NCBI RefSeq assembly: GCF_006345805.1
Contig: NC_042999.1
Location: 41,106,001-41,170,000, forward strand
Direction: 5' to 3'
Length of the DNA stretch: 64,000 nucleotides
Source of the DNA: Octopus sinensis
Taxonomy: Eukaryota
The notes under the pieces: model-generated
Database searches by the model: none
Told to the model about the DNA's origin: nothing
Seen by the model: only the letters and a program-made list of their open reading frames with translations
Shown here: positions 61,622-64,000 of the stretch, piece by piece
Layout of the letters: each line of letters begins with the position of its first letter
Position numbering within the stretch: the first letter of the stretch is position 1
Translations under genes and position numbers: made by a program

Positions 61622-62452
61622 TCATCTATTATATATAACCTTCGGTTGTTTGACCTATTCCTATGCTTCCAGTGAGAAATTTGGTAGATGGTGACTATTT
61701 AGAAACATGTCAGTGGGATATTCCTATTTTGGGGTGATAGACTTAAAACGTGGTTCATTTTAACACCACCACTTCAATTTTGGCTGCCCTTGACATATTC
61801 AGCCCTGTTGCTATGCTACCGGCCAAACCTACTTTATAAGGATAACTTCTCCGTTGTCTCTCACCAATTGGAGGCCGTGGAAAAAGTCACACGCACTGAG
61901 TTTTCTCCCCTAAATAATCAAGTAAACTAGAAAAGAAAATATTTTATATTGACATATAGGCATGATTAAAACCATATTACAAATAATTCGAATTAGAAGT
62001 TGAATTACATTTTGTTATGATAGCTTATATGGAAAGTGAAACGATTAAAAAACAACAAGAGTTGTACTGTAAATTGGATAGATACAATAACAAAAAAAAA
62101 CATCAACGGTTACATATGGAAATTCAATGAAAGGACAATATCAATGTCGGTGGCAGAACCTGGAATCAACATTCTAGTCTTTGAACACAGGGCATCACTT
62201 AAACCTCTATGATACTGATACATATTGATGATAATAATAAACTAGGGAAATCTGAAAGCCAAGAATGAAGTCGACGAATTTTGAACTAGGAACACCGAAG
62301 TACTGAACTTATTACCTTTATGAAACCCTATTAAGGATTTTCAGTTCTTTTACAGTCGTTTATTGTCTTTCACCTCTGAAACTTGTTATTCTATGCAACC
62401 TGGTAGCACCTCTTACCATCCTCTGCTTCTCGCTCAACTCCTGTTCCATCCC

Positions 62453-62490
<38 letters not shown>

Positions 62491-63169
62491 TTCTCTCCTC
62501 TCTCTCTCTCCTCTCTCTCTTTTCTCTTTCTCTCTCTCTCCCTCTCTCTCTCTGTCACGTACACAACATGCAAACTTCAACACCATTTACCAGTTCTTTT
62601 CTATCTGTCGAGGATTTTTATGCCCGAAACATGAGATGTCTTTTCTTCCTGACACCATAAATTTTATCCCATTGTTTGAATTATCCCTAAAGAAATTAAA
62701 CCAGTTCGTTTTTGCATTCAATTTGTTTGCGTTAAGAACTTCAGCAATAATGTCGAAATATGAATTTATACTGTGGTACTTTATAAATGTATATATTTAG
62801 TCGAGAGATTCCTTTGGGATTTTCGCTTACAAATTAAAGACAAAATTATCACTGCAAATTATCTATCACCATTTCATGCTTATGTATTAAATCAAGCAAG
62901 TGTAACATAATGAAAACTTTGTAATAACAATGGAAGAAAATGTAGTGAAAGGCAACATTTCATTACAGCACCCTTTTCAGCTACGCTTTTTCCAGTGTTT
63001 TCTGAGCATAAACGGGTCTTAAGAAAATTCCCATACGGTGAATGGCTGTGTGTGCGTCTTAAATGCTTTAATTTATTTTCATTTTTACATTTGGATTTAC
63101 TTTGATGTTCCATTTCTTTTAATGGGAGTTGTGTTTGCGTAATGTTTTTTATGAGCATGCTTGAAATGG

Positions 63170-63339
63170 AGGGAGAGAAAGATGGGAAAGAGAGACAGAG
63201 AGATAGAGAGGGAGAGAGAGAAAGAGAGAGAGAGAAAGAAAGAGAGAGAGAGAAAGAGAGAGAGAGAAAGAAAGAGAGAGAGGAAGAAAGAACGAGAGAG
63301 AGAGAGGGAAAGAAAGAAAGAGAGAGAGAGAGGAAGAAG

Positions 63340-63373
<34 letters not shown>

Positions 63374-63428
63374 GAAAGAGAAAGAGAGAGAGAGAAAGAA
63401 AGAGAGATAGAGAAAGAGAAAGAGAGAT

Positions 63429-63459
<31 letters not shown>

Positions 63460-63460
63460 T
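63170..63460. repeat. Purine-rich (GA/GAAA)n tract
   Basis: Read directly; source of the RE/SL-rich ORFs. Confidence 0.95.
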
Positions 63461-63804
63461 GAAGGTGCAATAGCAGAAGAGAGAATACAAGAAATACTAA
63501 AAACATTTAAATTAATATTACTGCCAGTGATACGCAATGTGGGACAGCCTTTGAAGCGAATCACTTGTTTGTGCAGTTAGAAAAGAAAACGATTTTAGAA
63601 GGGAATTTCTTCAGACTCTTTTTATATATAACTTGGAAATCGTTTAAAACTTTGATACTACAGGTATTTTCTTGTGTAAGCAAACAGATTTTTTCTTGCT
63701 GATGGTGTTAATGGTGGTGTATCATACGAAATTGTACTCTCGTCAAAGAGATCATTAGTCCCTCACATACGAACAACATTAAGAAGAACAATTAACTCGG
63801 TTTC

Positions 63805-64000
63805 AGTTTCAAATTTTGGCACAAGGGCAGTAAATTCGGGGGACGATTACAATGACGTATGTGCTGAACTGGCAACTATTTTATCGACACCGAAAGGACA
63901 AAAGGCAAAGACGACCTCAGCGGAATTTGAACTCAGAACGTAAAGACAGATGAAATACCGCATTTCGCCCGGCGTGCTAACGTTTCTTATTTCTTTATTG
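63805..64000 (-). mobile_element. SINE family B (B3 tail), apparently interrupted by another B1 tail at the window edge
   Basis: aaattttggcacaaggg...gacctcagcggaatttgaactcagaacg...gctaacgtttc|ttatttctttattg. Confidence 0.8.

Noticed and set aside
34319-63564. Long YI/HT/CV/LS/RE/poly-I/poly-L ORFs
   Set aside because: These are translations of microsatellites, which lack stops in some frames.

Overview
AT-rich eukaryotic non-coding DNA, dense in microsatellites ((TA)n, (CA)n, (GA)n, (ATCT)n, (ATT)n), with one 100-N assembly gap (51653-51752). The repeat families resemble Octopus (coleoid cephalopod) SINEs; this is recalled, not database-checked. No host protein-coding gene can be firmly called. 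Nearly all ORFs in the track are microsatellite or SINE translations. The only intact long ORF is a young, 5'-truncated L1/Tx1-type LINE reverse transcriptase (37252-39270, minus strand) with a perfect 17-bp TSD. Its 3' end is shared with an abundant SINE subfamily here. Other elements: decayed mariner and maT-like transposases, RTE and R4/Dong-like LINE fragments, two abundant tRNA-derived SINE families (A and B), a MetaSINE-like element, non-autonomous Helitron-like elements and a hAT-like MITE. The most unusual signal is three unrelated short repeat families that each fold into a minimal type I hammerhead-ribozyme topology with a palindromic or near-palindromic mini stem III. One has the canonical CUGAUGA core; two have family-wide non-canonical cores (CUGUNGA, CCGACGA). 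Each family occurs once as an outward-facing inverted pair (8.36-8.54, 34.98-35.18, 36.35-36.55 kb), consistent with Penelope-like element termini. Ribozyme activity is a prediction and is untested.
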